64,000 bases of DNA from Escherichia coli (GCF_017348835.2 NZ_CP071375.1); one strand, 5' to 3'. Counted from the first letter of the stretch, positions 45,354-58,578 are shown. The notes: a model not told the origin generated them from the sequence alone. Made by a program: numbers and translations.

Positions 45354-46375
45354 AGTTTATTCAGAACAACCGTGAAATCACGGCACTGCTGGCGGTGGTG
45401 CTGCTGTTTGTATTACCCGGTTTTCTCGACCGCCAGTATTTAAGTGTGCAAACGCTGACCATGGTTTATAGCAGCGCGCAAATCCTGAACCTGCTGGCAA
45501 TGGGCGCGACGCTGGTAATGCTTACGCGCAATATTGATGTTTCAGTGGGTTCGATTACCGGAATGTGCGCGGTGCTGTTGGGGATGTTACTGAACGCGGG
45601 GTATTCACTACCTGTTGCCTGTGTCGCGACTTTACTGCTTGGTTTGCTCGCGGGATTTTTCAACGGTGTCCTGGTCGCGTGGCTAAAGATCCCTGCCATT
45701 GTTGCCACCCTTGGCACGTTAGGGTTGTACAGAGGCATCATGTTGCTGTGGACTGGCGGTAAATGGATTGAGGGGTTACCCGCCGAACTGAAACAGCTCT
45801 CCGCACCGCTGCTGCTTGGCGTTTCAGCAATTGGTTGGTTAACGATAATTCTGGTGGCATTTATGGCCTGGCTGCTGGCGAAGACAGCGTTTGGACGCAG
45901 TTTTTATGCCACGGGCGATAATTTACAGGGCGCTCGTCAACTGGGCGTTCGTACGGAAGCCATTCGCATTGTGGCATTTTCGTTGAACGGCTGCATGGCG
46001 GCACTGGCGGGAATTGTGTTTGCTTCGCAGATTGGTTTTATCCCCAACCAGACCGGTACCGGGCTGGAGATGAAAGCAATTGCAGCCTGCGTGCTGGGCG
46101 GTATTAGTTTGCTCGGCGGTTCCGGTGCGATCATCGGTGCGGTACTCGGCGCATGGTTCCTGACGCAGATCGATAGCGTACTGGTGCTGTTGCGCATTCC
46201 GGCATGGTGGAATGATTTTATCGCGGGTCTGGTTCTGCTGGCGGTGCTGGTGTTTGATGGACGCCTGCGTTGTGCGCTGGAACGTAATCTGCGGCGGCAA
46301 AAATATGCCCGCTTTATGACGCCACCGCCATCCGTTAAAACTGCTTCGTCAGGTAAAAAACGGGAGGCTGCATAA
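45347..46375 (+). CDS. lsrC: AI-2 ABC transporter permease
   Basis: 342-aa polytopic membrane ORF; 7-bp overlap with lsrA. Confidence 0.9.
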
Positions 46376-47367
46376 TGCGTATTCGCTACGGTTGGGAACT
46401 GGCTCTTGCCGCACTGCTTGTTATTGAGATTGTCGCATTTGGTGCAATTAACCCGCGGATGTTAGATCTCAATATGTTGCTGTTCAGCACCAGTGACTTT
46501 ATCTGCATTGGCATTGTCGCCCTACCGCTGACGATGGTGATTGTCAGTGGCGGGATAGATATTTCGTTTGGTTCGACCATCGGCCTCTGCGCCATTGCAT
46601 TGGGCGTACTGTTTCAAAGTGGTGTGCCGATGCCGCTGGCGATTCTCCTGACCTTACTGCTCGGCGCATTGTGCGGGCTGATCAACGCCGGATTAATTAT
46701 CTATACCAAAGTTAACCCGCTGGTGATTACGCTTGGCACGCTGTATCTGTTTGCCGGAAGTGCCCTGCTGCTTTCCGGGATGGCCGGAGCGACGGGGTAC
46801 GAAGGTATTGGTGGATTCCCGATGGCGTTTACAGATTTCGCTAACCTGGATGTGCTGGGACTCCCCGTTCCGCTGATTATCTTTCTGATATGTCTCCTCG
46901 TTTTCTGGCTCTGGCTGCATAAAACCCATGCCGGACGTAACGTGTTTTTGATTGGGCAAAGCCCGCGCGTGGCGCTTTATAGCGCGATTCCAGTTAACCG
47001 TACCTTATGTGCGCTCTATGCCATGACGGGGCTGGCGTCTGCGGTCGCCGCTGTGCTGCTGGTGTCGTATTTTGGTTCAGCACGTTCCGATCTCGGTGCG
47101 TCGTTTCTGATGCCCGCCATCACCGCCGTGGTGCTTGGCGGTGCCAATATTTATGGTGGTTCCGGTTCCATTATCGGCACCGCCATTGCGGTTTTATTAG
47201 TGGGATATTTGCAACAAGGTTTGCAAATGGCAGGAGTGCCAAATCAGGTGTCCAGCGCCCTTTCCGGTGCGCTACTTATCGTCGTTGTCGTAGGTCGTTC
47301 CGTTAGCCTGCATCGCCAGCAAATTAAAGAGTGGCTGGCGCGTCGGGCCAATAACCCATTGCCATAA
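46375..47367 (+). CDS. lsrD: AI-2 ABC transporter permease
   Basis: 330-aa membrane ORF; TAATG overlap with lsrC. Confidence 0.9.
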
Positions 47368-47378
47368 AGGATATCTTC

Positions 47379-48401
47379 ATGACACTTCATCGCTTTAAGA
47401 AAATCGCCTTACTTAGCGCTCTTGGCATTGCCGCAATCTCTATGAATGTGCAGGCCGCAGAGCGTATTGCATTTATTCCCAAACTGGTTGGCGTGGGATT
47501 TTTTACCAGCGGTGGCAACGGCGCACAACAAGCGGGTAAAGAGCTGGGCGTTGATGTGACCTACGACGGGCCGACAGAACCCAGTGTTTCTGGTCAGGTA
47601 CAGTTGATTAATAACTTCGTCAATCAAGGTTATAACGCCATTATCGTTTCTGCGGTTTCGCCTGATGGCTTGTGTCCGGCACTGAAACGCGCCATGCAAC
47701 GTGGTGTGAGAGTGCTGACCTGGGACTCTGATACTAAACCGGAGTGCCGCTCTTACTACATTAATCAGGGAACGCCCGCCCAGTTGGGAGGTATGTTGGT
47801 GGATATGGCGGCGCGTCAGGTGAATAAAGACAAAGCCAAAGTCGCGTTTTTCTACTCAAGCCCCACCGTTACGGACCAAAACCAGTGGGTGAAAGAAGCG
47901 AAAGCGAAAATCGCCAAAGAGCATCCAGGCTGGGAAATTGTCACTACGCAGTTTGGCTATAACGATGCCACTAAATCGTTACAAACCGCAGAAGGAATAT
48001 TAAAAGCGTATAGCGATCTCGACGCCATTATCGCTCCCGATGCCAACGCCCTGCCCGCTGCAGCACAAGCCGCAGAAAACTTGAAAAATGACAAAGTAGC
48101 GATTGTCGGATTCAGTACGCCAAATGTGATGCGCCCGTATGTAGAGCGCGGCACGGTGAAAGAATTTGGCCTGTGGGATGTGGTTCAGCAAGGCAAAATT
48201 TCAGTGTATGTCGCGGATGCATTATTGAAAAAAGGATCAATGAAAACGGGCGACAAGCTGGATATCAAGGGCGTAGGTCAGGTTGAAGTCTCGCCAAACA
48301 GCGTTCAGGGCTATGACTACGAAGCGGATGGTAATGGCATCGTACTGTTACCGGAGCGCGTGATATTCAACAAAGAGAATATCGGCAAATACGATTTCTG
48401 A
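47379..48401 (+). CDS. lsrB: AI-2 periplasmic binding protein
   Basis: 340-aa ORF with signal peptide; recognised LsrB. Confidence 0.92.
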
Positions 48402-48427
48402 TGTGCATTACTTAACCGGAGTAAGTT

Positions 48428-49303
48428 ATGGCAGATTTAGACGATATTAAAGATGGTAAAGATTTTCGTACCGATCAACCGCAAAAAAATATCCCTTTTA
48501 CCCTGAAAGGTTGCGGTGCGCTGGATTGGGGAATGCAGTCACGCTTATCGCGGATATTTAATCCGAAAACGGGTAAAACCGTGATGCTGGCTTTTGACCA
48601 TGGTTATTTTCAGGGACCGACTACCGGACTTGAACGCATTGATATAAATATCGCCCCGCTGTTTGAACATGCCGATGTATTAATGTGTACGCGCGGCATT
48701 TTGCGCAGCGTAGTTCCCCCTGCGACCAATAGGCCGGTGGTACTGCGGGCGTCAGGTGCGAACTCTATTCTGGCGGAATTAAGTAATGAAGCCGTGGCGT
48801 TATCGATGGATGACGCCGTGCGCCTGAACAGTTGCGCGGTGGCGGCGCAGGTTTATATCGGCAGTGAATATGAACATCAGTCGATCAAAAATATTATTCA
48901 GCTGGTTGATGCCGGAATGAAAGTGGGAATGCCGACCATGGCCGTGACTGGCGTGGGCAAAGATATGGTGCGCGATCAGCGTTATTTCTCGCTCGCGACT
49001 CGAATCGCCGCTGAAATGGGGGCGCAAATTATCAAAACCTATTATGTCGAAAAAGGTTTTGAACGGATTGTTGCCGGATGTCCGGTACCCATTGTTATTG
49101 CTGGCGGTAAGAAATTACCGGAGCGCGAGGCGCTGGAAATGTGCTGGCAGGCTATCGATCAGGGCGCTTCTGGTGTGGATATGGGGCGTAATATTTTCCA
49201 GTCTGACCATCCGGTGGCGATGATGAAAGCCGTACAGGCGGTGGTTCACCATAACGAAACGGCTGATCGGGCATATGAACTCTATCTGAGTGAAAAACAG
49301 TAA
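48428..49303 (+). CDS. lsrF: aldolase-family P-DPD thiolase
   Basis: 291-aa DeoC/FbaB-like aldolase fold ORF. Confidence 0.9.
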   Translation: MADLDDIKDGKDFRTDQPQKNIPFTLKGCGALDWGMQSRLSRIFNPKTGKTVMLAFDHGYFQGPTTGLERIDINIAPLFEHADVLMCTRGILRSVVPPATNRPVVLRASGANSILAELSNEAVALSMDDAVRLNSCAVAAQVYIGSEYEHQSIKNIIQLVDAGMKVGMPTMAVTGVGKDMVRDQRYFSLATRIAAEMGAQIIKTYYVEKGFERIVAGCPVPIVIAGGKKLPEREALEMCWQAIDQGASGVDMGRNIFQSDHPVAMMKAVQAVVHHNETADRAYELYLSEKQ

Positions 49304-49326
49304 CTGCGGATTTAAGGAGAAGAAAT

Positions 49327-49617
49327 ATGCACGTCACACTGGTTGAAATTAACGTTCATGAAGACAAGGTTGACGAGTTTATCGAAGTTTTTCGCCAGAA
49401 CCACCTGGGCTCTGTACAGGAAGAAGGCAATTTGCGCTTCGATGTCTTACAGGACCCGGAAGTGAATTCGCGCTTTTATATCTACGAAGCCTATAAAGAT
49501 GAAGACGCAGTGGCGTTCCATAAAACCACGCCCCACTACAAAACCTGTGTCGCGAAACTGGAATCTTTAATGACCGGGCCGCGTAAAAAACGTCTGTTCA
49601 ATGGGTTGATGCCGTGA
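49327..49617 (+). CDS. lsrG: phospho-AI-2 isomerase
   Basis: 96-aa ORF; recognised LsrG. Confidence 0.9.
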   Translation: MHVTLVEINVHEDKVDEFIEVFRQNHLGSVQEEGNLRFDVLQDPEVNSRFYIYEAYKDEDAVAFHKTTPHYKTCVAKLESLMTGPRKKRLFNGLMP

Positions 49618-49673
49618 GGCGAATTTATCAATTTTATCTACAATTGGGGTAACGCGCTGACGGGAGTAAAAAA

Positions 49674-50432
49674 ATGTCTGACTGGAACCCCTCTTTATAT
49701 CTGCACTTTGCCGCAGAACGATCGCGTCCGGCGATGGAGCTGCTTGCCAGAGTGCCGCTAGAGAATGTCGAATATGTTGCAGATCTTGGCTGTGGCCCAG
49801 GTAACAGCACCGCCCTTCTACAACAACGTTGGCCTGCTGCCAGGATAACGGGCATCGACTCATCTCCGGCGATGGTTGCCGAAGCGCGCAGTGCTTTGCC
49901 GGACTGCCAGTTTGTGGAAGCAGATATCCGCAATTGGCAACCGGAACAGACACTCGATCTGATTTTTGCTAATGCCTCACTGCAATGGCTGCCCGACCAC
50001 TACGAATTGTTTCCTCATCTGGTTTCGTTACTTAATCCGCAGGGCGTGCTGGCAGTACAGATGCCAGATAACTGGCTGGAGCCGACCCATGTGCTCATGC
50101 GCGAAGTTGCCTGGGAACAAAACTACCCGGATCGCGGGCGTGAGCCGCTGGCAGGCGTTCATGCTTACTACGATATTTTGAGCGAAGCCGGATGTAAGGT
50201 CGATATCTGGCGAACCACTTACTATCATCAGATGCCGTCGCACCAGGCGATTGTCGATTGGGTGACCGCCACTGGATTACGTCCGTGGTTACAAGATCTG
50301 ACCGAGAGCGAACAGCAGCATTTTCTTACGCGTTACCATCAGATGTTGGAAGAGCAGTATCCACTGCAAGAGAACGGACAGATACTGCTGGCATTTCCGC
50401 GTCTGTTTATTGTTGCCCGGCGTACGGAGTAA
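49674..50432 (+). CDS. tam: trans-aconitate 2-methyltransferase
   Basis: 252-aa SAM-dependent methyltransferase (motif [10 protein letters not shown]). Confidence 0.9.
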   Translation: MSDWNPSLYLHFAAERSRPAMELLARVPLENVEYVADLGCGPGNSTALLQQRWPAARITGIDSSPAMVAEARSALPDCQFVEADIRNWQPEQTLDLIFANASLQWLPDHYELFPHLVSLLNPQGVLAVQMPDNWLEPTHVLMREVAWEQNYPDRGREPLAGVHAYYDILSEAGCKVDIWRTTYYHQMPSHQAIVDWVTATGLRPWLQDLTESEQQHFLTRYHQMLEEQYPLQENGQILLAFPRLFIVARRTE

Positions 50433-50435
50433 ATA

Positions 50436-51350
50436 TCACGTCAGCTGGTAATGACGATCGGGAAGAATTTTTGCTGGAATTTCGGCTTCATCGTTCATCT
50501 GTAACAGGTCAATTTCAATAGCGTTGCAGATGGCATCCAGCGGTAAATCATTGTTTTCAGTACCGAACGGATCTTCCAGTTCTTCCGCCAGACAATCCAG
50601 CGAAATAAAAGTGTAGGAAATCAGCACAGAGATAAAAGGCGTCATGTAATGCAGGTCCACGACCAGCGCGAACGGCAGCATGATACAAAACAGATAAACG
50701 GTACGATGCAAAATCAGTGTGTAGGCAAAGGGAATTGGCGTGTAGGCAATGCGCTCGCAGCCTGCCAGAACCGCTGAAATATCGTTAAGCCGATCGTTGA
50801 GGCTAATAAACAGGATATCTGAAAGTTGTCCATTGCGGCGCTGAACCGCCAACCACGCCCCCATTATTAACAAGATACGGTTAGCTGGAGAGTTCGAAGC
50901 CAGTACACGCTGAAGATCTTCAGTCTTGAGATAATGAGCCAGCACTTCCGCCTGTGGCTGTTTGCGTAATGTCATGCGTAAACAGTGGGCGAAAGCGATT
51001 TGCAGCCGGGCAAACTCCCTTACACTTGCCGAATCCGGCAATGTCGTTTTTACCTCGCGCAGTAACGACCGTGAGGCAATCATCAACTGCCCCCAAAGTT
51101 TTCGCGCTTCAACGTAACGGGCGTAACCGGCATTATTACGAAAACCAAGAAAAATGGCGATGGCGACACCGAGAATGCTGAACGGTGCGAGGGTGAATTT
51201 GATGCCCAGATGCGTGTACCAGGGCAGCATGAAAATAACAGCGATAGAAAAGAGAAAATTGAGTAGTAAGCGCGAGGATATCTTGGATAATACTGAGCCA
51301 TGCCAGACAAAAATACGGCGCAGCCAGTGTTGTTGTGGACGAACAATCAT
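50436..51350 (-). CDS. yneE: bestrophin-family membrane protein
   Basis: 304 aa from MIVRPQQHWLRRIF...; convergent with tam; the ORF track adds 17 codons. Confidence 0.82.
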   Translation of the reverse strand: MIVRPQQHWLRRIFVWHGSVLSKISSRLLLNFLFSIAVIFMLPWYTHLGIKFTLAPFSILGVAIAIFLGFRNNAGYARYVEARKLWGQLMIASRSLLREVKTTLPDSASVREFARLQIAFAHCLRMTLRKQPQAEVLAHYLKTEDLQRVLASNSPANRILLIMGAWLAVQRRNGQLSDILFISLNDRLNDISAVLAGCERIAYTPIPFAYTLILHRTVYLFCIMLPFALVVDLHYMTPFISVLISYTFISLDCLAEELEDPFGTENNDLPLDAICNAIEIDLLQMNDEAEIPAKILPDRHYQLT

Positions 51351-51510
51351 GGTTATCTTCAGGCGTGGAAAAGTCGCCCTATTAAACGTGATTACGATCA
51401 CATTCTCAAGACGCTACTTACAAATTACCTACAAGCTTACAATATTAACAGGCGCTGCATGTGGCACCTGTTAATGATAAAGGCACATAGGATGTTGTAA
51501 CTAATATGGT

Positions 51511-51530
51511 GCAATAAGAAACCCGGTCGA
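51511..51530 (-). terminator. terminator hairpin downstream of uxaB
   Basis: aacccggt-cgaa-accgggtt followed by a T-rich run on the minus strand. Confidence 0.6.
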
Positions 51531-51546
51531 AACCGGGTTCAGAGTA

Positions 51547-52998
51547 TTAGCACAACGGGCGTACAGCTTCGCGCATCCCTTTTTCGAGAATCGCATCCAG
51601 GTCATTAGCAACCTGCTCGACCAGACCAGGCACTTGCGTCAGGTCCTGCTCCCAGTGGTCTTTTTCTGCCAAAACAATGGCTACCAGTTCCTGGGTACCG
51701 ATAACACGGTCACGATACTGGCTCCAGAGTTGCTGATAACGTTCCAGCCAGTGTGCATCGTCCTGTACCGGATATGTTTCTCCGTTACTCTCACCGCGAT
51801 AGAACGCAATCAATGCCGCTAATGCGAAAGTAAGGCGCGCCGGAAGTGTGCCGTTTGCCTTCTGCCCTGCCAGCAGCTGCGGCAGGATGCGGGTACGGAA
51901 CTTGGTCATACCGTTGAGCGCGATAGACAGCAGCTGATGCTTAATGTACGGGTTACGGAAACGCCCGGTGACTGCACTGGCGAAAGATTCCAGTTCATCA
52001 CGAGGCAAATCCAGTACCGGAATAATTTCTTCGTAGATGGCTTTCTCAACGAATGCGCAAATTTCAGCATCGTTCATCGCTTCACCTACGGTATCCAGCC
52101 CTGCCTGGAACGCCACCGGCACCAGCGCGGTGTGTGCACCGTTGAGTATTGCCACTTTGCGTTCTTTATACGGTTTAATATCGTCAACAATCAGCACGTT
52201 GAGCGGATATTTGTCCAGACGCAGTTCAGTCGCTAAGGATTTCGGCCCCTGAATCACAAACAGGTAAAAGTGTTCAGCGGTGTCGAGGAAACCATCGTGA
52301 TAACCCAGTTCTTCTTCCAGTTTAGCCACTTCATCGCGCGGATAACCGGTAACGATACGGTCCACCAGCGTAGAACAGAAGCTGTTAGCCTGATCCAACC
52401 ATTGAATAAATGCTTCTGGCAGTGCCCACTCTTGCGCATAGCGCAGCACCAGTTCACGCAACGCGTCGCCATTGTAGTCGATCAACTCACACGGAATAAT
52501 GATCCAACCTTTATCCAGCGCACCGTTGAAATGGCTAAAGCGTTCGAACAGCAGACGGGTCAGTTTTGCGGGATAACTTACCGCTGGCGCGTCATCGAAT
52601 TTATCGCCCGCATGGTAGCTGATACCCGCTTCGGTGGTGTTAGAGAAAACAAAGCGCATTTCCGGGTTGTGCGCCAGTTTCAGGAATTCATCGTATTCAC
52701 TGTAGACGCTGATTTCACGATTAACCGAGCGAATCAGACGCGCGTCGCTGACCGCTTCCCCCTTCTCATTCAGGCCACGGATAATGGTGGTGTACAGACC
52801 ATCCTGCGTGCTCAGTGACGGCGGGAATGAAGTTTCAATCGGACGAACAACGACCACGCCAGAATTCAGATCGGTGTGCTCATTCAGGAGATCTATTTGC
52901 CAGTCAACAAAGGCGCGCAGGAAGTTACCTTCACCAAACTGAATGATACGTTCTGGATACTGTGCACCGGGAAAATCGCGACGATTTAGTGTTTTCAC
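51547..52998 (-). CDS. uxaB: altronate oxidoreductase (tagaturonate reductase)
   Basis: 483-aa mannitol-dehydrogenase-family ORF; recognised UxaB. Confidence 0.92.
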   Translation of the reverse strand: MKTLNRRDFPGAQYPERIIQFGEGNFLRAFVDWQIDLLNEHTDLNSGVVVVRPIETSFPPSLSTQDGLYTTIIRGLNEKGEAVSDARLIRSVNREISVYSEYDEFLKLAHNPEMRFVFSNTTEAGISYHAGDKFDDAPAVSYPAKLTRLLFERFSHFNGALDKGWIIIPCELIDYNGDALRELVLRYAQEWALPEAFIQWLDQANSFCSTLVDRIVTGYPRDEVAKLEEELGYHDGFLDTAEHFYLFVIQGPKSLATELRLDKYPLNVLIVDDIKPYKERKVAILNGAHTALVPVAFQAGLDTVGEAMNDAEICAFVEKAIYEEIIPVLDLPRDELESFASAVTGRFRNPYIKHQLLSIALNGMTKFRTRILPQLLAGQKANGTLPARLTFALAALIAFYRGESNGETYPVQDDAHWLERYQQLWSQYRDRVIGTQELVAIVLAEKDHWEQDLTQVPGLVEQVANDLDAILEKGMREAVRPLC

Positions 52999-53025
52999 AA
53001 TGGGTTCCCTTCTGATTAGTCATAC

Positions 53026-53052
53026 AACCTGTTTGAATTGGTTCGACAGGTT
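53026..53052. promoter_or_regulatory. palindromic candidate operator upstream of uxaB (possible ExuR/UxuR site)
   Basis: AACCTGT-N13-ACAGGTT perfect 7-bp inverted repeat about 30 bp upstream of the uxaB start; core contains ATTGGT. Confidence 0.4.
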
Positions 53053-53224
53053 AGCAAACTTTAATACGCCTAACCCCTGTTTTGATCAACTCCTGATGAT
53101 TAATGAGCAGTTTTATGAGAAAAGTGTGGCGCGGATCATGGTTTTATCGAGGAAACACGCCTTTTCTTAGATCATAAAGTGGTAGAACACATTGCATTTA
53201 AATCGCGCAGAATGAATAAAGATG

Positions 53225-54643
53225 TCAGACAACTTCCTCACCGTAACGCATAGTGCTGGTACGGTTGCGCCCATCTTTCTTCGAGCGATACAGACACGTA
53301 TCAGCTTCGACCATCAATTTATTAAAGTCATCGGTCAGCGTTCGGTACGATGCGCGACCACTACCGACGCCAATACTTACCGTGAGATAAAGCGTTTTTT
53401 GTTGCCAGGTGAATGGTTGCAGTTCAACGCCTTTACGGATTTTTTCCGCCATTAGCAGACCATCGACAGGATTCACCGACGGCACTGCAACAGCAAATTC
53501 TTCGCCGCCCATGCGCGCCACCAGCCCCTTATCACCGACAATCTTCTGAATATGCCGGGCAAACACGCTTAACACTTTATCGCCACATTCATGTCCATAG
53601 TTATCGTTAATACTTTTGAAATAGTCGATATCAAGCAGCATGACAGTCAGATGTTATGTCTGTTTCAGCGATGGACTTTTCAGCGCCTCATAAAGGCCGG
53701 ACCGTGAGTAAACCTGAGTCAGAAAATCAAAGTCGGCTCGCAGCGCAACTTGCTTCATTAGCGAATTGATCGCTGCCACGCTAAAAGAAACCATAATTGG
53801 GCATATCGCCATCGTGGCAATACCGAGACGTGCGGAGAACATTTCCGGAATGGAGAACGGCGAACCGACCGAGATATCAATCACCGAATTTGCCACCAGT
53901 ACGATTTCCACCGCACCGGTGACAAAGGTCAACAGACATGTTACCTGCGGCGTATAGCGCACTGCACACCAGATTAATGCAGGCAGCGGGAACGCCAGAC
54001 TCCCCGCTCCGCCAATGACTACCGAGGCAATAACCGACACAATAAGCGCGATGGCGGGCATCATCTGTTCTGCTTTAAAGCGCGGCAGCACTCCAGGAAT
54101 AGCGAACGTCAGCATACAAGGCACGATCAACACGCCCGTTGAGAATTGCTCACTGAACCAGTCCGCAAGCAAAGGCCAGAAATCCAGACTATCAATACTG
54201 ACCGAACCAATCGCCCCGACAATAGCACATAATAATGCGGCAATCAGACAGTAATTAAATAGCCGTAAGGCACTTACTGGCTCATACTTATTTTTCCCCA
54301 GACGCTTATCCCGCACGACCAGTAAGGCGACGGTAACAATAAACATCATATTGGAGAAATTGATAGCCAGTGAAACCAGTCCCCATTCGGTGGTTATGGC
54401 ATCATAAACCAGCATCGCCACATAACTGATCGCATAGTAATGCAGTCGATTAAGCCAGACATAGCGGGCAAACACCCCCGCCATTACGCCATTCAGCGGC
54501 CAGAAAAGAGAAAGTTCGTGAACCAGCCGTAACTCTGCACCAATAAAATAGAACAGCGTGGTTAGCGCAAAAATAGCGATGCTATTACGTAGCAGATGAC
54601 CTTCCTGGAACAAACGGAAAGTTGAAATGGGGTGTACATGCAT
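53225..54643 (-). pseudogene. dgcF: membrane-anchored diguanylate cyclase DgcF (YneF) with in-frame TAA at 53654..53656
   Basis: ORFs 53654..54643 (polytopic N-domain ending DFDFLTQVYSRSGLYEALKSPSLKQT) and 53225..53641 (MLLDIDYFKSINDNYGHECGDKVL...RMGGEEFAV) are in one frame, separated only by TAA plus 4 codons; the stop falls inside the GGDEF domain. Confidence 0.75.
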
Positions 54644-54781
54644 TAATTATCTGTCCATACAATTGCGGGTGGCAATTATCTCAACGTAATAAGTAAATTC
54701 TCATAAAGGATAGCATGTTCGCTGACAGCGGCGGCAAATAAAGGTACCCTGGGAATGCTATTTTATCGTTTTCCGCAATTC

Positions 54782-55141
54782 TCATGGCTGATTCATCTGT
54801 ACAACCAGCCAGTGATAGATTACCGCCACGATATAACGTTGTTGTTCTTCGCTTAACGAAACACCCTGCGGAATGTTATGCCACTTAGCCAGACAACCGC
54901 GACAGCAGGTTGCAGTGGCGTGCTGAGCGATAAACACCGGATGCCCGCGCATGGGGGTTTGCTTACCGTCATTAGCCGGTAATGCCGGAGCAAGACGTTT
55001 AGCGACAAAATCCGCCGCATGTTGTTCGATGACTGGCGCGCCTTTCTCCAGACAATACTGACGCTCTTTCATGCCCAAACGAAAGCGAGATCGAAATTTT
55101 GAACGGGATAAACGCGCGAAGAGTGGATCGAGAGACTGCAT
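54782..55141 (-). CDS. yneG: DUF4186-family protein YneG
   Basis: 119-aa ORF; start overlaps glsB stop by 1 nt. Confidence 0.8.
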   Translation of the reverse strand: MQSLDPLFARLSRSKFRSRFRLGMKERQYCLEKGAPVIEQHAADFVAKRLAPALPANDGKQTPMRGHPVFIAQHATATCCRGCLAKWHNIPQGVSLSEEQQRYIVAVIYHWLVVQMNQP

Positions 55142-56067
55142 TAATAAACCGAACGCCCTAACTGTTTCGTCAATTGTTCAAGGACGGCGATACCCGCAAG
55201 CGAGTTACCTGCATCATCCAGTTCCGGACTCCAGACTGCGATGGCCATTTCATGCGGAACAATCGCCACAATACCGCCACCAACGCCAGATTTCGCCGGT
55301 AGTCCCACCCGCCAGGCAAACTCCCCCGCGTTCTGGTACATACCACTGGTCGCCATCAGCGCGTTAATTTGCCGTGCCTGCATTGGCGTCACCACAGGTT
55401 CATCAATATGAATAGCTTTCCCCTGATTAGCCAGAAAGACAAACGTCCGGGCCAGCTCTACACAGCTCATTTTCAGAGCGCAGTAATGAAAGTAGTTTTG
55501 CAGGACGGTTGTCACGTCATGATGGAAATTGCCAAACGACTTCATCAGCCAGGCGATAGCCGCATTTCGCGCGGAATGTTCAAATTCGGAACGCGCTACC
55601 ACCGTATCGTAGGAAATATCAGACACACCGCTTAAGCCGCGCACGACTTCCAGCATACGTTGCCGTGGTGCGCTTAATCGCCCTTGCAACATATCGCAGA
55701 CCACCAGCGCACCGGCATTAATAAACGGATTACGCGGAATACCCTGCTCCATTTCCAGTTGCACTAAAGAATTGAACGGTGATCCAGACGGATCTTTGCC
55801 GACGCGTTGCCAGATTTCCTCTTCGGAGTAATGACGCATGGCGACAACGAGACTCAGCACTTTGGAAATAGACTGAATGGAAAAACGTTCTTGCGCGTCT
55901 CCTGCCTGAAAAAGCTGTCCGTCAACGGTACAGATAGCAATGCCCAATCGGGAACCGTCTACCGTAGCCAGCGCCGGAATATAATCCGCGACTTTCCCCT
56001 GACCAATGAGCGGCCGCACTTGCCGCAAGATGTTTTCTAAAATTGCATTATCCATGGCGACTGCCAC
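55141..56067 (-). CDS. glsB: glutaminase 2
   Basis: 308-aa serine-dependent glutaminase-family ORF. Confidence 0.9.
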   Translation of the reverse strand: MAVAMDNAILENILRQVRPLIGQGKVADYIPALATVDGSRLGIAICTVDGQLFQAGDAQERFSIQSISKVLSLVVAMRHYSEEEIWQRVGKDPSGSPFNSLVQLEMEQGIPRNPFINAGALVVCDMLQGRLSAPRQRMLEVVRGLSGVSDISYDTVVARSEFEHSARNAAIAWLMKSFGNFHHDVTTVLQNYFHYCALKMSCVELARTFVFLANQGKAIHIDEPVVTPMQARQINALMATSGMYQNAGEFAWRVGLPAKSGVGGGIVAIVPHEMAIAVWSPELDDAGNSLAGIAVLEQLTKQLGRSVY

Positions 56068-56130
56068 TTTCTACTCCTGGACCGCAGGTCTGAAAAGACC
56101 TGCGAGTATATCAGAGCTGAATATGTCGCG

Positions 56131-57519
56131 TCAGATCCGGTCTTTCCACACCGTCTGGATATTACAGAATTCGTGTAAGCCGAAATGGGAAAGCTCACGA
56201 CCAAAGCCACTCTTTTTCACGCCACCAAAGGCCACTCGCGCGTCGCTGGCACAATAACCATTGATAAACACCCCACCGCATTCCAGACGTGCCGCCATCT
56301 GTCTGGCCTGTGTTTCGTCGGTGGTAAAAATAGTTGCTGAAAGGCCGAACTCACTATCATTAGCCAGTTCCAGCGCATGTTCTGCGTCTTTCGCAACGGT
56401 GATTGCCGCAACGGGGCCAAACATTTCTTCCCGAAACGCGGTCATTTCTGGGGTAACATTCGCCAGAACCGTTGGCGGATAGTAGTTACCTGCCCCAGCC
56501 ATCTTTTCCCCGCCCAGTAACAAACGCGCACCCTGCGCCAGGGTTTTCTCCACCTGATGATGCAGCTCATCACGTAAATCAAAACGAGCCATTGGTCCGA
56601 GAGTGTTCTCTTCGTCACGGGGATCGCCCATTTTCAAGGCTGCCGCAGCTGCCACAAAACGTTCGGTAAATGCCGAAGCAATTCCCTCTTCGATGATAAA
56701 GCGTTTTGCCGCTGCACAAACCTGCCCGGTATTCTGATAACGTCCGGCTACCGCCGCTTTCACCGCCAGTTCCAGATCGGCATCGTTAAGCACAATAAAC
56801 GGATCCGAACCGCCCAGTTCCAGTACGCATTTTTTCAGTGCCGCTCCAGCCTGTGCGCCAATAGCCGCTCCAGCACGAACACTTCCGGTCACCGTGACAG
56901 CAGCAATGCGCGAGTCTTTAATCATCTGAGTGACACCGTCATTGTCGGCATTCAGCCAGCCATATACGCCTTGTGGGATTCCCGCATCTTTAAACACCTG
57001 AGCAATGATCTGAGCACAGCCCATCACATTCGGCGCATGTTTAAGTAAGTAACCGTTACCTGCAAGAATGATGGGAACAGCGCCACGCATCACCTGCCAT
57101 AACGGAAAATTCCACGGCATAATCGCCAGAATCGTCCCCAACGGTCGATACTCAATAACTGCCTGCTGATTTTCCACCAGCGTAGGTTCCGCCTTCAGCA
57201 TTGCCGGACCATGTTCTGCATACCATTCACACAAATTCGCCGATTTCGCCACTTCAGCGCGCGCCTGGTTGATTGGTTTGCCCATTTCACGGGTGATCAT
57301 TTGCGCCATTTCTTCGCTACGGGCGCGCAGAGCCTTACCGATATCACGCAGTTTTTCAGCACGATAATCTATATTTGTCTCGCGCCAGTCGCGAAAGCCT
57401 GCTGCCGCCAGCTGAAGTGCGTTTTCGATATCATCAGCACCAGCCCACGGCAGCACAGAAAGTTGTTCACCCGTGGCAGGATTTATCGAAATTGCATGAG
57501 TTGCCGGAGTAATGGTCAT
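56131..57519 (-). CDS. sad: NAD+-dependent succinate-semialdehyde dehydrogenase
   Basis: 462 aa from [19 protein letters not shown]...; aldehyde dehydrogenase with catalytic Cys in GQVCAAA; the ORF track adds 8 codons. Confidence 0.9.
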   Translation of the reverse strand: MTITPATHAISINPATGEQLSVLPWAGADDIENALQLAAAGFRDWRETNIDYRAEKLRDIGKALRARSEEMAQMITREMGKPINQARAEVAKSANLCEWYAEHGPAMLKAEPTLVENQQAVIEYRPLGTILAIMPWNFPLWQVMRGAVPIILAGNGYLLKHAPNVMGCAQIIAQVFKDAGIPQGVYGWLNADNDGVTQMIKDSRIAAVTVTGSVRAGAAIGAQAGAALKKCVLELGGSDPFIVLNDADLELAVKAAVAGRYQNTGQVCAAAKRFIIEEGIASAFTERFVAAAAALKMGDPRDEENTLGPMARFDLRDELHHQVEKTLAQGARLLLGGEKMAGAGNYYPPTVLANVTPEMTAFREEMFGPVAAITVAKDAEHALELANDSEFGLSATIFTTDETQARQMAARLECGGVFINGYCASDARVAFGGVKKSGFGRELSHFGLHEFCNIQTVWKDRI

Positions 57520-57619
57520 CGGGGTATCTCCTTTATGAGTCATGGTATGAAGATACGCAGATTTACTCTTGCTTTAAAATGAATAATATTAAGCCACTTA
57601 TTCACGAATCGAGAATATT

Positions 57620-58501
57620 ATGGATCTGACCCAACTGGAGATGTTCAACGCGGTTGCCGAAGCTGGCAGCATTACGCAGGCTGCAGCAAAAGTGCATCGC
57701 GTGCCGTCGAATCTCACTACCCGTCTACGCCAGCTGGAAACAGAACTGGGGGTAGATCTGTTTATTCGCGAGAATCAGCGTTTACGTCTCTCTCCTGCCG
57801 GGCATAACTTTTTACGCTATAGCCAACAAATTCTCGCGTTAGTGGATGAAGCGCGGAGCGTTGTCGCTGGCGATGAGCCGCAAGGTTTATTTTCTCTGGG
57901 TTCGCTGGAAAGCACCGCAGCAGTTCGCATTCCGGCCACGCTGGCGGAATTCAACCGTCGTTATCCCAAAATTCAGTTTTCACTTTCCACCGGCCCTTCC
58001 GGCACTATGCTGGAAGGTGTGCTGGAGGGAAAACTTAATGCGGCGTTTATTGATGGACCCATTAACCATACTGCCATTGACGGAATACCGGTATACCGCG
58101 AGGAGCTGATGATCGTCACGCCACAAGGTCATGCGCCAGTAATCCGTGCCAGTCAGGTTAATGGCAGTAACATTTATGCCTTCCGCGCCAATTGTTCGTA
58201 TCGTCGCCACTTCGAGAGCTGGTTTCATGCTGACGGTGCCGCTCCGGGAACTATCCATGAGATGGAGTCTTATCACGGAATGTTGGCCTGTGTGATCGCA
58301 GGAGCAGGCATTGCGCTTATTCCGCGCTCTATGCTGGAAAGTATGCCGGGGCATCACCAGGTTGAAGCATGGCCGTTAGCCGAGCAATGGCGTTGGTTAA
58401 CAACCTGGCTGGTCTGGCGTCGTGGTGCGAAAACGCGTCCGCTCGAGGCATTTATTCATCTGCTGGATGTGCCTGACTCGGCAAAACAGGGTTATCAATG
58501 A
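57620..58501 (+). CDS. yneJ: LysR-family transcriptional regulator
   Basis: 293-aa ORF with N-terminal LysR HTH; divergent from sad. Confidence 0.88.
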   Translation: MDLTQLEMFNAVAEAGSITQAAAKVHRVPSNLTTRLRQLETELGVDLFIRENQRLRLSPAGHNFLRYSQQILALVDEARSVVAGDEPQGLFSLGSLESTAAVRIPATLAEFNRRYPKIQFSLSTGPSGTMLEGVLEGKLNAAFIDGPINHTAIDGIPVYREELMIVTPQGHAPVIRASQVNGSNIYAFRANCSYRRHFESWFHADGAAPGTIHEMESYHGMLACVIAGAGIALIPRSMLESMPGHHQVEAWPLAEQWRWLTTWLVWRRGAKTRPLEAFIHLLDVPDSAKQGYQ

Positions 58502-58578
58502 GCTATTTTTGATAGTTCTTGCGGCTAATATGCTCTATATAGTGATGTTCCGATGACTTATGACTATATGGGGCAAAT

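Noticed and set aside
52270..52818. 182-aa ORF antisense to uxaB
   Set aside because: Antisense artefact within a recognised dehydrogenase gene.
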